From the NCBI RefSeq assembly GCF_030144855.1, contig NC_082708.1, positions 43,152,001-43,216,000 on the forward strand: a stretch of DNA of 64,000 nucleotides, given 5' to 3'. This document shows positions 11,426 through 23,700 of this stretch, piece by piece; the first letter of the stretch is position 1, and every line of letters begins with the position of its first letter. The notes beneath the pieces were generated by a model. The model saw only the letters and a program-made list of their open reading frames with translations. It ran no database searches and was not told where the DNA came from. Both the position numbers and the translations under genes were made by a program. This stretch comes from Hypanus sabinus. Taxonomy: Eukaryota.

Positions 11426-13987
11426 GTAAGTACTGCCACCATCCGACAAATGGGCCCGTTCCCTCAGGTTACAGCCGTATATTTATACATAATAAGCCAC
11501 ATACAATACTGTTGCAAGATGTTATTTGAACTGGTATGACCACTAAGTCTGTTGGTGCAAAGCTTAATTACTTACATAAGAGAGTCCACTAAATCAAGGC
11601 TTATTGATAGATGTATGTGCTGTCCAGTCCTTATCAGTTATTTCCTTTGCTAGGCACTGAGTTAATCACAGATGAATGTTCATTCCTGTCCTTATCGGTG
11701 AGTCCTCCTCCCCTATTCAAACGAGGATACAATGTACAAAGTTATGAAACTCTCAATGTCCCTGCAAGCCAGGGAGAACTGGTAATGAGTCTGTCTTAGC
11801 TAACTGCTAAAGAAAGAGTTTACTTCAGTTCAAAAATTCCTATTCAGTCCCAATTATTCTAGAGGTTACATAGGTTTAAAATGAGTTTTTTACATCCTCA
11901 ATTCCTCAGTCCAGCTTAAGAATGTTGTGTCAGCCATTCGGGGTTGTCTTGGGGTACAAGTTGTCATGTCCTGCCCAGTGGGATGTGATGGAACATTTGA
12001 GAGAGCTGGGCAGGATCAGATTTCTGAAGGACAGTAGTCAGGTTTGGGGTTTTTTGGTTGGAGTGCAGGGTGGGGCACAGGGGCAGACAACACAGAATAC
12101 TGTTCAAAGGAGAGGCCCTGTTGTAAGAACTGCTTTGTGCAGATGGTTCTGAGAAGGAAGTGCCAGTACTCCTGATTTAGCCAGTTCATTCGAGATGGTC
12201 TTTGAGGGAAGTTCGAACTGTGACTGGTGTCTTTCATGCAGAACGTGAGTTCAGTGCGTGAATAAAACAATACACCCGACTACTCCAGAAATAAGCTCCA
12301 ATGTTTATGAGCACATTGAATTGGTTTAACTATAATGGGCCCTTTTATCTTTATTTTTCTTTTTCTGTGAATTGTTTGATAAAGTTGAAAATTGGTAAAT
12401 ACAATTTCTTTATAATTTTATGCTGGTGTACAATCTGTCATTTCTTGGTAACCAATAATTGTGTTTGAGGCACTATTTGGTACAATCCATGTTCTTTAAT
12501 TGGATTCTAACTTTCCTGTTTGGTTGAACTCCAAAGCTTACTGACCCTAGACATGTATTGCTTATAAATGTTGCCCTCTCACCGCTGAGTCATGTGGCTG
12601 TTATCAGAGTTAGCTAACAAGCCAAGTTTCTATGTGAGCCCGGTGAGAGGGTATATATGATAAATAAATGATAAATAATTGAATAGAATTGATGTGTAAT
12701 TGGCAGATATAATGTGTGGATAATTTGAGGTGTACAGGTGTTGGTGTTTAGTGCTAATGTAGGAACCATGTATCTATTTTCTATTGTGCATTTTTTATAG
12801 GTTTCAATCATTTGTCACTTGGGTTTGGGCGTGGTAGAAGCAAAAGGGTATAGTTACGTGTTCACTTAGTTTAGTTGATAGGAGTGAGCCGGAGGTGATT
12901 TTTTTTGTTGACCACTTAATTACTCTAATTGTTCTGATTTTACTATATCACTAATTTTGTTTCATTAGTTTTTATTGCTATAATATTGTTTGACTTTGCT
13001 GATTTCATAATAAGAGATTGAATGTACTTTTTTCAATTTGGAACTCAGTTGTTTAGAAGTGCGTCACACAGCGTCAATTCCCATACTCAGTGGTTTCAGA
13101 TTACTTTCAAGTAACTGCTACACCTATTGCCAACAAAAAAATATAGATAAACTAAATGAACACCAGTCTATGGCAAAGGATTGTCTCAGACCTGTTAGTG
13201 AAACTGGAGCAGCTGTGGTAGGATTATCTGCGACCTTTTGATAATTCATGCTGTGTATTTGTGGTTTGAACTCTGTACTGAATGGTCAGCATTGCCAGTC
13301 CATTGCATGGTGTTTGTCATTTTTGTTTTATTGAAGTGCTGAAACATTGTCCCTGTTGCAGACTGAACTGAATGCTGTTTGTTTGGTCTAGTTTAAGCAC
13401 AGTGGATGCGTGAGCAGTTTGTTTTGCTGCCTGTGTTTATTGAACAGAAGATCACTGATGCATTTTGCAAATGTGCTGTGGATGAACAAAGGTAATTGCG
13501 AGTTGCACAATAGGGAGAAAGTAACATGAGTGAATCGAAGCATGGAACTGACATCAGTGACCTTTAGGTCAGGGCTCGCAAAAGAGAAACTTCGAAAGTT
13601 TTAGCAAGTAGAATCAAAAGTCTTTGAAAGAAGTATAAAACAAATTTCAACAAAATTAAAGGTTTAAGGATCTTATGAAAAATAAAGAAGATGTCTTACA
13701 AGTGCAATCTTATCTTGAGGACTTGACTGATCTCTGTGAAGCTGTTGCTAATCAATGCCAAATACTCGTGTCATTACTTCCCAAGGAAAGTACAGGAAAA
13801 ACAGAAAAAACGGTATGAATATTTTTCAAACATTAGTAACAATCACAGTGTATTTATAGAAGCAATGAGACACTGGCTGATCCAAAGATATCATATTGAA
13901 GGTCGTTTTGCAGCACCAGGTAAATATGTGTCTCATCTTACATCAGATAATGATTCCAAATTCCAAGGCACATTTTAATTACGTATA

Positions 13988-14970
13988 CAGGTAGTCCTTG
14001 AGTTACGAACGTCCGACTTACGAACAACTCATACTTACGAACTGAGGAAGGAGAATGTCGTGCACCATTTTAAGTTAGATCGTGATGCCGTCCACCATTT
14101 TAAATTGGACCGTGACGCTGTCTGCCATTTTAAGTTGTTGCCATTGACACTGTGTTGAGTGTGTAACTTTGTATTTGGCTTAAATTTTTCTTAGCAAGAT
14201 TCACCCTGACCCCCCCCCCCCCCCAAACCCCTTTTCCAGTTAGCTGGTGGCGCAGTGAGATCAGCACCGGGCTTGAGAACGGAGGTTCCCGAGTTCGATC
14301 CAGTGACAGGTCGCTCCCGAGCGTGCTCTCCATCCGTGCTGGGTTGATATTGAGATCACAACTCGACCTTGTATAAAAAACACTGCTGGCTCCAGTTTAA
14401 ATTCCCACGCGGAATATTGTGGAGGATCAAATACCCAAGCTCAGCACAGCCCTCACTGTCCCATTTACCCTGTCTCACTGCAGTGGACTTTAGGACCCGA
14501 GGAATTAAGTGCGGTGGTCCTTAGGACCTGGCGGAGCTTGGGACCCACTGCCCGCAGTGTTTCTGTTCCATTGACGGGATGCGATCAAGATTGAAAATAA
14601 AGTGGAAATAATAAAGCGTTTGGAAAGTGGTGAAATGTCATCATCGGTCATTGGAAAAGTGTTAGGTTACAGTCGGTCAACGATCGGAACAATCTTAAAT
14701 GATAAATTGAGAATATTGGAGCATGTGAAAGGCTCTGCCCCGATGAAGGCTACAATTATTACTAAGCAACACAGTGGTTTAATTATTGAAATACATAAGT
14801 TTCTTAAGTGTTTTATATGCATAGAAAGGTAAAATATATACTAAATACTAAAACAAATGTTTGACTAACTGATGCTAAGTAATACCGGATGTATTTGTTC
14901 CGACTTGTGTACAAATCCGACTTAAAGCCGGACTCAGGGACGGAACTCGTTTGTAACCCGGGGACTGCAG
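13988..14970 (+). mobile_element. Non-autonomous Tigger/pogo DNA transposon
   Basis: TA|CAGGTAGTCCTTGAGTTACGAAC pairs with the imperfect inverted end GTTTGTAACCCGGGGACTGC. ORF 14602-14832 is a CENP-B-type HTH (EIIKRLESGE..IGKVLGYSRSTIGTILNDK). Confidence 0.8.
14242..14390 (+). mobile_element. tRNA-derived SINE inside the Tigger element
   Basis: A box TGGCGCAGTG, B box GAGTTCGATCC and an A-rich tail are present. TCCAGTT flanks both sides (14235-14241, 14391-14397). Confidence 0.7.
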
Positions 14971-15120
14971 GTGACCCACAGGATGATGTGAAACTGAGCG
15001 ACAGTCTGTCAAATGTCAGTGCTGGAAGTTCTGCTGCAGGAAGAAAATCTTCAGTGTCTCACACCTCCTCTGTACACATTAAAACAGAGGCTGATTCAGC
15101 TGCATTAATTGCACGGCAAT

Positions 15121-16780
15121 CATTATAGAAAACCTACAGCACAATACAGGCCCCTCGGCCCACAATGCTGTGCCGAACATGTGTTTCCTTTAGAAATTAC
15201 CTAGGGGTTACCCAAAACCCTCTATTTTTCTAAGCTCAATGTACCTATCCAGGAACCTCTTAAAAGACCCTGTTGTATCTGCCTCTACCACAGTCACTGG
15301 CAGCCCATCCTATGCACTCAACACTCTCTGCATAAAAGAACTTACCCCTGACATTCCCTCCGTACCTACTTCCAAGCATTTTAAAACTGTGTCCTTGCAT
15401 TTTAGCCATTTCAGCCCTGGGAAAAAGCCTCTGACTACCCACACGATCAATGCCTCTCATCATCTTGTACATCTCTATCAGGTCACCTTTTATCCTCTGT
15501 CGCTCCAAGGAGAAAAGGCAAAGTTGACTCAAACTATTCTCATAAGGCATGCTCCCCAATCCAGGCAACATCCTCGTAAATCTCCTCTGCACCCTTTCTA
15601 TAGTTTCCACATCCTTCCTGTAGGAGGAGACCAGAACTGAGCACAGTACTCCAAGTGGGGTCTGACCAGGGTCCTATATAGCTGTAATGTTACCTCTCGG
15701 CTGTTGAACTCAATCCCATGGTTGATGAAGGCCAATTCACCGTATACCTCCTATGTCAACTTGCGCAGCAGCTTTGAGTGTCCTGTGGACTCGGACCGCA
15801 AGATCCCTCTGATCCTCTACGCTGCCATTAATACTATATTTTGCCATCGTATTTGACCTACCAAAATGAACCACCTCACACTTTTCTGGGTTGAACTCCA
15901 TCTGCCACTTCTCAGACCAGGTTTGCATCCTATTAATGTCCCGCTGTAACCTCTGACAGGGAAGCGCCAATCAATATTAGGGAAATTAAAATCTCCCACC
16001 ACGACAACCCTGTTATTATTGCATCTTTCCAGAATATGTCTCCATTATCTACTCCTTGGTGTACCTGTTACTATTGCGTGGTCTATAAAAACAGTTATTG
16101 ACCCCCTCCTGTTTCCACCCACAGAGACTCCGTAGACAATCCCTCCATGACTTCCTCCTATTCTGCAGCCATGACACTATCTCTGATCAGCAGTGCCATG
16201 CCCTCACCTCTTTTGCCTCCCTCCCTGTCCTTTCTGAAACATCTAAAGCCTGGCACTCTAAGTAGCCATTCCTGCCCCTGAGCCATCCAAGTCTTTGTAA
16301 TGGCCACTACGTTGTAGCTCCAAATGTGGATCCATGCTCTAGGCTCATCCGCTTTGTTCATGACACTCCTTGGATTAAAGTAGGTACATCTCAAACCATC
16401 AGTCTGAGCACATCCCTTCTCTATCACCTGTCCATCCTCCCTCTCACATTGTCTACAAGCTTTCTCTATTTGCGAACCAACTGCCCCTTCCTGTCTCTTC
16501 AGTTCGGCTCCCACCCCCCCAGCAATTCTAGTTTACACTCTCCCCAATAGCCTTAGCAAACCTCCCCACCAGGATATTGGTTCCCCCTTGGATTCAAATG
16601 CAACCCATCCTTTTTGTACAGGTCATTCCTGCCCCAAAAGAGGTCCCAATGATCCAGAAATCTGAATCCCTGTCCTCTGCTCCAATCCCTCAGCCACGCA
16701 TTTATCCTCCACTGCATGTCACTTTATTCCGCTTCTCAATGCCACTAAAATGATCCAAACCTGTTACCTTGCTACCCCTA
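15121..16780 (-). mobile_element. CR1 LINE with a large internal deletion
   Basis: The ORF1 end and endonuclease (LRCTYFNPRS, VGDFNFPNIDW) join directly at ~15958 to the RT C-terminus (LQRDINRMQTWSEKWQMEFN, ERVQRRFTRM). The 3' tail is at ~15121. Confidence 0.85.
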
Positions 16781-17689
16781 GTAATGGCACAGAATAGTGG
16801 AATTTCTGAAGGTGCCTGTTGTGAACTGGCGGGTTTTTAAGACATTTTAGATATCACACCAAAGTTGTTACATTAAATAAGACAATGTTTTGGGAGAGAA
16901 ATTAACATGTGTAAGCGATCGATTAAAATGTTTTAAGCTTTAAGAAAAAAACATTTTTCAGTATAGCTGACATTTACTATTTGGATATTACTAGAATCAC
17001 TGGACCTTGGCTTTTACCAGTCTATTTAATGAATAAATTGAAATGACAGTATGCTGCAAGTTTGCTTAGCATACAGAAATAGATGGGAAAGTGAGCTGCA
17101 AAGTGGACGGAAGAAGTCTGTAAAGAGATATGACAGGTTAATTATCATTCAGAGGTATCTGGAAGAGTGAGCAGAAAAGTTAAAACATAGCCATGGTAAT
17201 CATTTAGGAAAAGAACAGAAGGCATGTTGACCATTGCAGAGGGGTTGGAGTACAAAAATAAAGTCTTGCTGCAACTGCAGAAGGCTTCAGTGATCATTAT
17301 GTGTCTGTACCGCACAGAAGATTTACTGAACTTGAAGGCTGTATAGCATAAGTTTACTTCTGTCTAATGGCCTTGGAAGTGATCAGAGCCATATGATCTA
17401 CTTCCATTTCTTGTGTTCTCTGGTGCCTAAGCAAGCAGTTATATGTTGTCAATGTACACACTTCATGTTCATCCTCTGCTCATTCCAATCCCCACGCACA
17501 CGCAAACAATAATCAGAAATTGCTAGTTCAAAAACTATGGAAAGCACTAACGGTTCTGTTTCTCTACCTCAGAAACACTAAGATCCTTTTTATACTGATT
17601 GTCACAACACCAGAAATGTAGGAAGAAAATCTAGATGATTGACTATATGTGCATGTGCTTGATACATTTGTAAGTTATGTGCATCATTT

Positions 17690-19860
17690 GTCAGAATCTG
17701 GCTTATAATTTTTGACATATATCATGAAACTTGTTGCTTTATGGCGGCAGTACAGTGCAAGACATAAAAATTACTATAACATCCAAAAAGTGCAAAAGAC
17801 AAAATATGAGGTAATGTTCATGGGCCTTTCTGAAATCCATTGGTTAAAGATAAAATGCTCTTCTTAAAACATTAAGAGTGAGTCTTCGGGCTCCTGTATC
17901 TCCTTTCCAGTCGCAGAACTATGAAAAAGACCTGTCTTAGGTGGAAGGCGTCTTTAATGATGGCTGTCTCCTCTTGAGGCACTGTCTCTTGAAGGTGTCA
18001 AGATCTACACAGACCAGTCTCCCAGTGAGGAAGTCAAGGATCCAATTGTTGAGGAAGGTTCAGAGGTCCATGTGATTGGAGCTTCTTGATTAGAAATGAT
18101 GGTATGATTATGTTGAACGCCGAGCTGTAGCCAATAAACAGTAGCCTGATGTAGGTATTGCTACTGTCCAGGTGATCCAAGGCCAAGTGGAGAACCAGTG
18201 AGATAGCATCTGCTGTTGATCTATTATGGTGATAGGTAAATTACTGAGGGTCCAGGTCCTTGCTTAGGCAGGAGTTGGTTCTAACTGTGACCAAACTCTC
18301 AAAGCACTTCATCGCAGTAGATGTAAGTGGCACTGGATGATAGTAATTGAGGCAGCTTACCCTTTCGTTCTTGGGCACTAGTATAATTGTCATCCTCTTG
18401 AAGCAGGTGGACTGTAGCAGTAAGATTGAAGATGTCCTTGAGCACTCCTGCCAGTTGGTTGGCACAGGTTTTCAGTGCCTACCAGGTACACCATCAGAGC
18501 CTGACACCCTGCAAGGGTCCACCCTCTTGAAAGATGTTCTGATGTCGGCCTCAGAGATCACAGGTTCACCAGATGCTGAAGGGATTTGCACAGGTATAGT
18601 TTTATTCTTCCTTTCAAACTGTGCACAGAAGGCTTTGAGTTCACCCGAGAGTGATGCATCGTAGCCATTCATGATGCTGGGTTTCACTTTATAGGAACTA
18701 ATAGCCTGCAAACCCTGCCAGAGCTGACATGCAAACAATTCCCTCTCTGACATCAATCGGATGTATCCTTTTGCCTTTAAAATAGTGTTCTGTAGGTCAA
18801 ACCTGGACTTCTTGTATGGTCTCCAATGCCACTGATCTAGTCCTCAGCAGACTATGAATTTGCTGGTTCATCCACAGGTTTTGGTTTGTGCCCAGTATGT
18901 TCTCAAAGGCACACACACTCATCCACACTGGTCTTGATGAAGTCGGTGACAACTTTGACATATCCATTCTGACATTAAGATGATTCCCTGAATAAAGTCC
19001 AATCCACTGACTCAAAGCAATCCTGTGAGTGCTCCTCCACCTCCTTTAAAGCCACCTTCTAGGTCCTCACCACTGCTGCTGTGGCCTCTGCCTATATGCT
19101 AGGAATAGAAATACATATAGGCGATCAGACTTTCCAAAGTGTGGGCGTGGGATGGCACAGCAGGCATTCTTGATGGTGGTATAACTGTGGTCAAGTGTGT
19201 TGGCTCGTCTGGTTCCACAAATGATATGTTGGTGGTAGTTGATCTGAGACTTGTTCAAGCTGACCTGGTTGAAATCTCACACAATGATAGGGAAAGCAAC
19301 AGAGTGCACAGTTCCGTGCCTGCTGATGCATTGCACAGCTTCTCCTGTGCCTACCTGATATTGGTCTGAGGTGGAATGTATACCATTATCAGGCAGACAG
19401 TAGAAATCTCCCTCGGCAGATAAAATGAATGACATTTGACTGCTGCACATTTCATCAGGTGAGCAGTACTGTGATAAAACCATGGCATTTATGCACCATG
19501 ATGCACCATAAAGCATACTCCCACGTCTGCCTTTAATAGACTGAGCTGTCCTGTCTTTACGGGGAATGATGAAGCCATCAAGCTGCAGCGCTGCATTTGA
19601 AATGGTGGGGGATGGCCCTCTTTCCATGAGACAAGTCTCTCTGGTTGTGCCTGTGGGGGAACCAGTTGAGACTATAGCCGTGTGCAACCTCTTTCAATCC
19701 TGTGCATTGGAGGCTGCGTACCAGGCTGTGATACAGCCATTCAGAATGCCGTCCATGTTACATCCATAGAAGTTTGCAGGGGTCATTAGTAACATGCCTA
19801 CTGAAGTAGAGCCACTGGCAGGTTACCTTCCTGATTGCACCATCATCAATGCAGCAGTGA
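17690..19860 (-). mobile_element. Composite of decayed Rex1/Babar LINE fragments (endonuclease and RT)
   Basis: Minus-strand fragments include TRRANTLDHSYTTIKNA..PRPHFGKSD, VSGSDGVPGR and SCLNYYHPVPLTSTAMKCFE. Confidence 0.8.
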
Positions 19861-20749
19861 GGGGACTGTGTATAGGCCTCCGTTAGTCTCGCTAGACCAT
19901 GGATTTGTGCCTCGGAAAGTTTCCAGAGCACCAGCCTGGGCAAGGTTTTTTTAATGGAAGACAGGCAGTTGCCCAAGCTGCAAGTCTCCCCTCTCCACGC
20001 CACCGATGTTGTCCAAGGGAAGGGCATTAGAAGGGAACTGTGATACTCATTGTTTGTACTTTCCCATAAAGTGTGTCTCTTGTCCTCTTCAGTCCTCTTC
20101 TGCCTTGGTTTGACTGCATTTTTGTTTAAACTATGAATCATCATAAAACTTATTTGATCATTTTTTTCAAGTAATTTACTGAACAAACCAAAATATAATG
20201 ATAATGGTTTCACTTTTTCTCAAGAAGTTCTTGTTAATTGCAATAAATGTTAAAGCGCAAATATTATTAGCTTGTACATGCTTCTGTTCGACATCTGCTT
20301 ACACTATGAAAAGTATCTGATGCCATTTGTTTCTTTTAAAATAGAATTTGTCAAGCTCCTAATTGCACTGCACATGTATGTTGCAGTGTTAATTTTAATC
20401 TTGAGTAAATACTATGTACGTATGTCATGGAGCACTGGCATTGGTTTCCTTTGCAATAACTGCATGTACAATCTGATTGACAATTGATTCATAATATAAT
20501 TTTATTGGAATGAAGTAATTTCTGCCTAATGGTATTTAATGGCTTATACCATTTGTTCAAAAACATACAGCAAGTTCCATGGAAATGACAAATGGGATCA
20601 GACCCAATATCGAGGTCTGTCTTTGACATCTTAAACATCACTCTTAAGGTCAAACATTCATTTTCTGAACAGAACAGTTTTTTAAAATTAATAACAAACA
20701 ATTGCTTATATTAACTTAACATGGCAAAAAAATTCAAAAGAATTTATCA

Positions 20750-23700
20750 AGAACACAGGGCAGGTTGGACCTGTACAGAAGAGATGACTTGCACCTAAAC
20801 TGGAGGGGGACTAATATCCTAGCAGGAAGGTTTGCTAGAGCTACACGGGGTGTATGTTATGTGTGTGTGTGGTGGGGGTTAAACTAGAGTTGCAGGGGAA
20901 TGGGAACCAGAGTGCCAGAACAGATAATAGATTGGCCATGGAGACAATGTTGTTAAGACCTCAGACTAAGTCAAGAAGCAAAAGGTTGAGCATGGTGGGA
21001 CTAATGTCAACTAATATTCTGACTTCTGTATATATCAGTGCAAGAGGTTTTGTAGGAAAGGCAGATGAGCTCAGGACAAGGATCAACGCATGGAATTATG
21101 ATATTGTAGCCATTAATGACACTGTTTGCAGGGAAGGCAGGACTGGCAGCTCAATATTCTGGGGTTCTGTTGCTTTAGACATGATAGAGCAAGAGGGATT
21201 AAAGGAGGACGGATGGTGTTACTAACTAGTCGGGGAAAATGTCTCAGCAATGCTCAGTCAGGTCAGACAGGAAAACTTGCCTAGTGAGGCTTTATGGGTG
21301 GAACTGATGGTTCAGTTACTACCTTCAGCCATCAGGCCCTTGAACAAAAGGGGATGACTACACTCATTCTATTTCCGGTGTTCCCACAGCCGACGGTCTC
21401 ACTTCATGGACTCTTTATTTTGTTATTTCATGCTCGTTATTTATTGCTATTTATTTATATTTGCATTTTCACAGCTTGTTGTTCATTGATCCTGTTTACA
21501 GTTACCGTTCTATAGGTTTTCTAAGAATGCCCACAGGAAAAAGAATCCCTGGGTTGAATGTAGTGACATGTAAGCACTGATAATAAATTTTATTTTGAAC
21601 TCTGAATAGGAAATCTATGACCATGTTAATGGGGCTATATTATAAACCATCAAACAGTCCGAGGGATTTAGCAGAACAAATTTGTAGAGAGATTGCAGAC
21701 TGCTGCAAGCAACATAAGGTTGTAAAAGTGTGTGATTTTCACTTTCCACATTTTGACTGGGACTCCCATACTGTAAAAGGACTAGATGGGCTAGAGTGTA
21801 GAGTTTGTCAAGTGTGCTTAGGAAAGTTTCCTTAATCCATACATAGAAGTACTGACAAGAGGAAGTGTAATACTTGATCTGATTGGGTATGAGACAGGGT
21901 AAATGGCAGGAATCTGCGTAGGAGAGCATTTTACATCTAATGATAATAATGCCAGTAGTTTCAAGGTAATTAGGGAAAAGGATAGATATGGTCCTTGGGT
22001 TAAGATTCTAAAATGGAGGAAGGCCAATTTTGATGGTACCAGAAAAGATCTGGCAAGTGTGGATTGGGACAGGCTGTTTTCTGTCAAAGATGTATTTGCT
22101 AAGTGGGAGGCCTTCAAAAGTGAGATTTTGAGAGAACCTGTCAGAAGAAATGGGTAAGGATAATAGGTTTAGGGAAATTTGGTTTTCAAGAGATATTGAG
22201 ACCCTGGTTCAGAAAAATAGGTGCACAGCAGGTATAGGCAGGTAGGAATAAATGAGGGTCTTGAGAAATATAAGAATGCAAGAGAAAACTTAAGGAAATC
22301 AGGAGGGCTAAAAGAAGGTATGAGGTTGTTCTTGCAGTCAATAGACAATAGACAATAGGTGCAGAAGTAGACCATTCGGCCCCTCGAGTCTGCACCACCA
22401 TTCTGAGATCATGGCTGATCATTCACTATCAATACCCAGTCCCTGCCTTGTCCCCATATCCCTTGATTCCCCTATCCATCAGATATCTATCTAGCTCCTT
22501 CTTGAAAGCATCCAGAGAATTGGCCTCCACCGTCTTCTGAGGCAGTGCATTCCACACCTTCACAACTCTCTGGGAGAAGAAGCTCTTCCTCAGCTCTGTT
22601 TTAAATAACTGACCTCTTATTCTCAATCCATGCCCTCCGGTACTGGACTCTCCCAACATCTGGAACATATTTCCTGCCTCAATCCTATCAAATCCTTTAA
22701 TTATCTTAAACGTTTCAATCAGATCCCCTCTCAATCTCCTCAATTCCAGTGTGTACAAGCCCAATCTCTCCAATCTCTCTGCGTAAGACAGCCCTGCCAT
22801 CCCAGGAATCAACCTAGTGAATCTACGCTGCACTTCCTCAATTGCCAGAATGTCCTTCCTTAAACCTGGAGACCAAAACTGTGCACAATATTCCAGGTGT
22901 GGTCTCACCAGGGCCCTGTACAAATGCAAAAGGACATCCTTGCTCTTGTACTCAATTCCCCTTGTAATAAAGGCCAACATTCCATTTGCCTTCTTCACTG
23001 CCTGTTGCACTTGCTCATTCACCTTCATTGACTGATGAACTAGGACTCCTAGGTCTCTTTGCATTTCTCCCTTACCTAACTCTATACCGTTCAGACAATA
23101 CTCTGCCCTCTTGTTCCTGCTTCCAAAGTGGATAACTTCACATTTATTCACATTGAATGACATCTGCCAAGTATCTGCCCACTCACCCAGCCTATCCAAG
23201 TCTCCGTGTATTCTCCTAACGTCCTCTTCGCATGTCACACTGCCACCCAGTTTAGTATCATCAGCAAACTTGCTGATATAGTTTTCAATGCCCTCATCTC
23301 AATCATTGACATAAATCATAACGAGCTGTGGTCCCAATACAGAGCCCTGTGGTACCCCACTAGTCACCTCCAGCCAGTCCGAGAAACACCCATTCACTGC
23401 TACCCTTTGCTTTCTATCTGCCAACCAGTTTTCTATCCGTTGAAACCCTGCCCCCAATGCCATGAGCTCTGATTTTACTCACCAATCTCCTATGTGGCAC
23501 CTTATCGAATGCCTTCTGAAAATCTAGGTACACAACATCCACTGGCTTACCCTCGTCTAACATCCTTGTTACACCCTCAAAAAACTCCAACAGATTAGTC
23601 AAGCATGATTTGCCCTTGGTAAATCCATGCTGGCTCGGCCTAATCCTATTACTGCCATCAAGATGTGCCACTATTTTGTCCTTAATAATGGACTCAAGCA

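Larger units (their letters stand above)
13527..15120 (+). mobile_element. BEL/Pao-like LTR retrotransposon gag relic, interrupted by a Tigger-derived element
   Basis: DPQDDVKLSDSLSNVSAGSSAAGRKSSVSHTSSVHIKTEADSAALIARQ resembles the Ser-rich BEL gag motif (P.DS.S...S..AR...EA..AAL.AR). The upstream part has in-frame stops. Confidence 0.5.

Noticed and set aside
11920-13120. Possible LTR-like sequences upstream of the BEL relic
   Set aside because: The composition is suggestive, but I could not fix termini, a TSD or a second copy.
13920-14970. Apparent GT-AG intron that would remove the Tigger element and rejoin the BEL gag frame (domesticated gene)
   Set aside because: There is no polypyrimidine tract at the acceptor. 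The gag has upstream stops and is truncated by CR1, so the match is likely coincidental.
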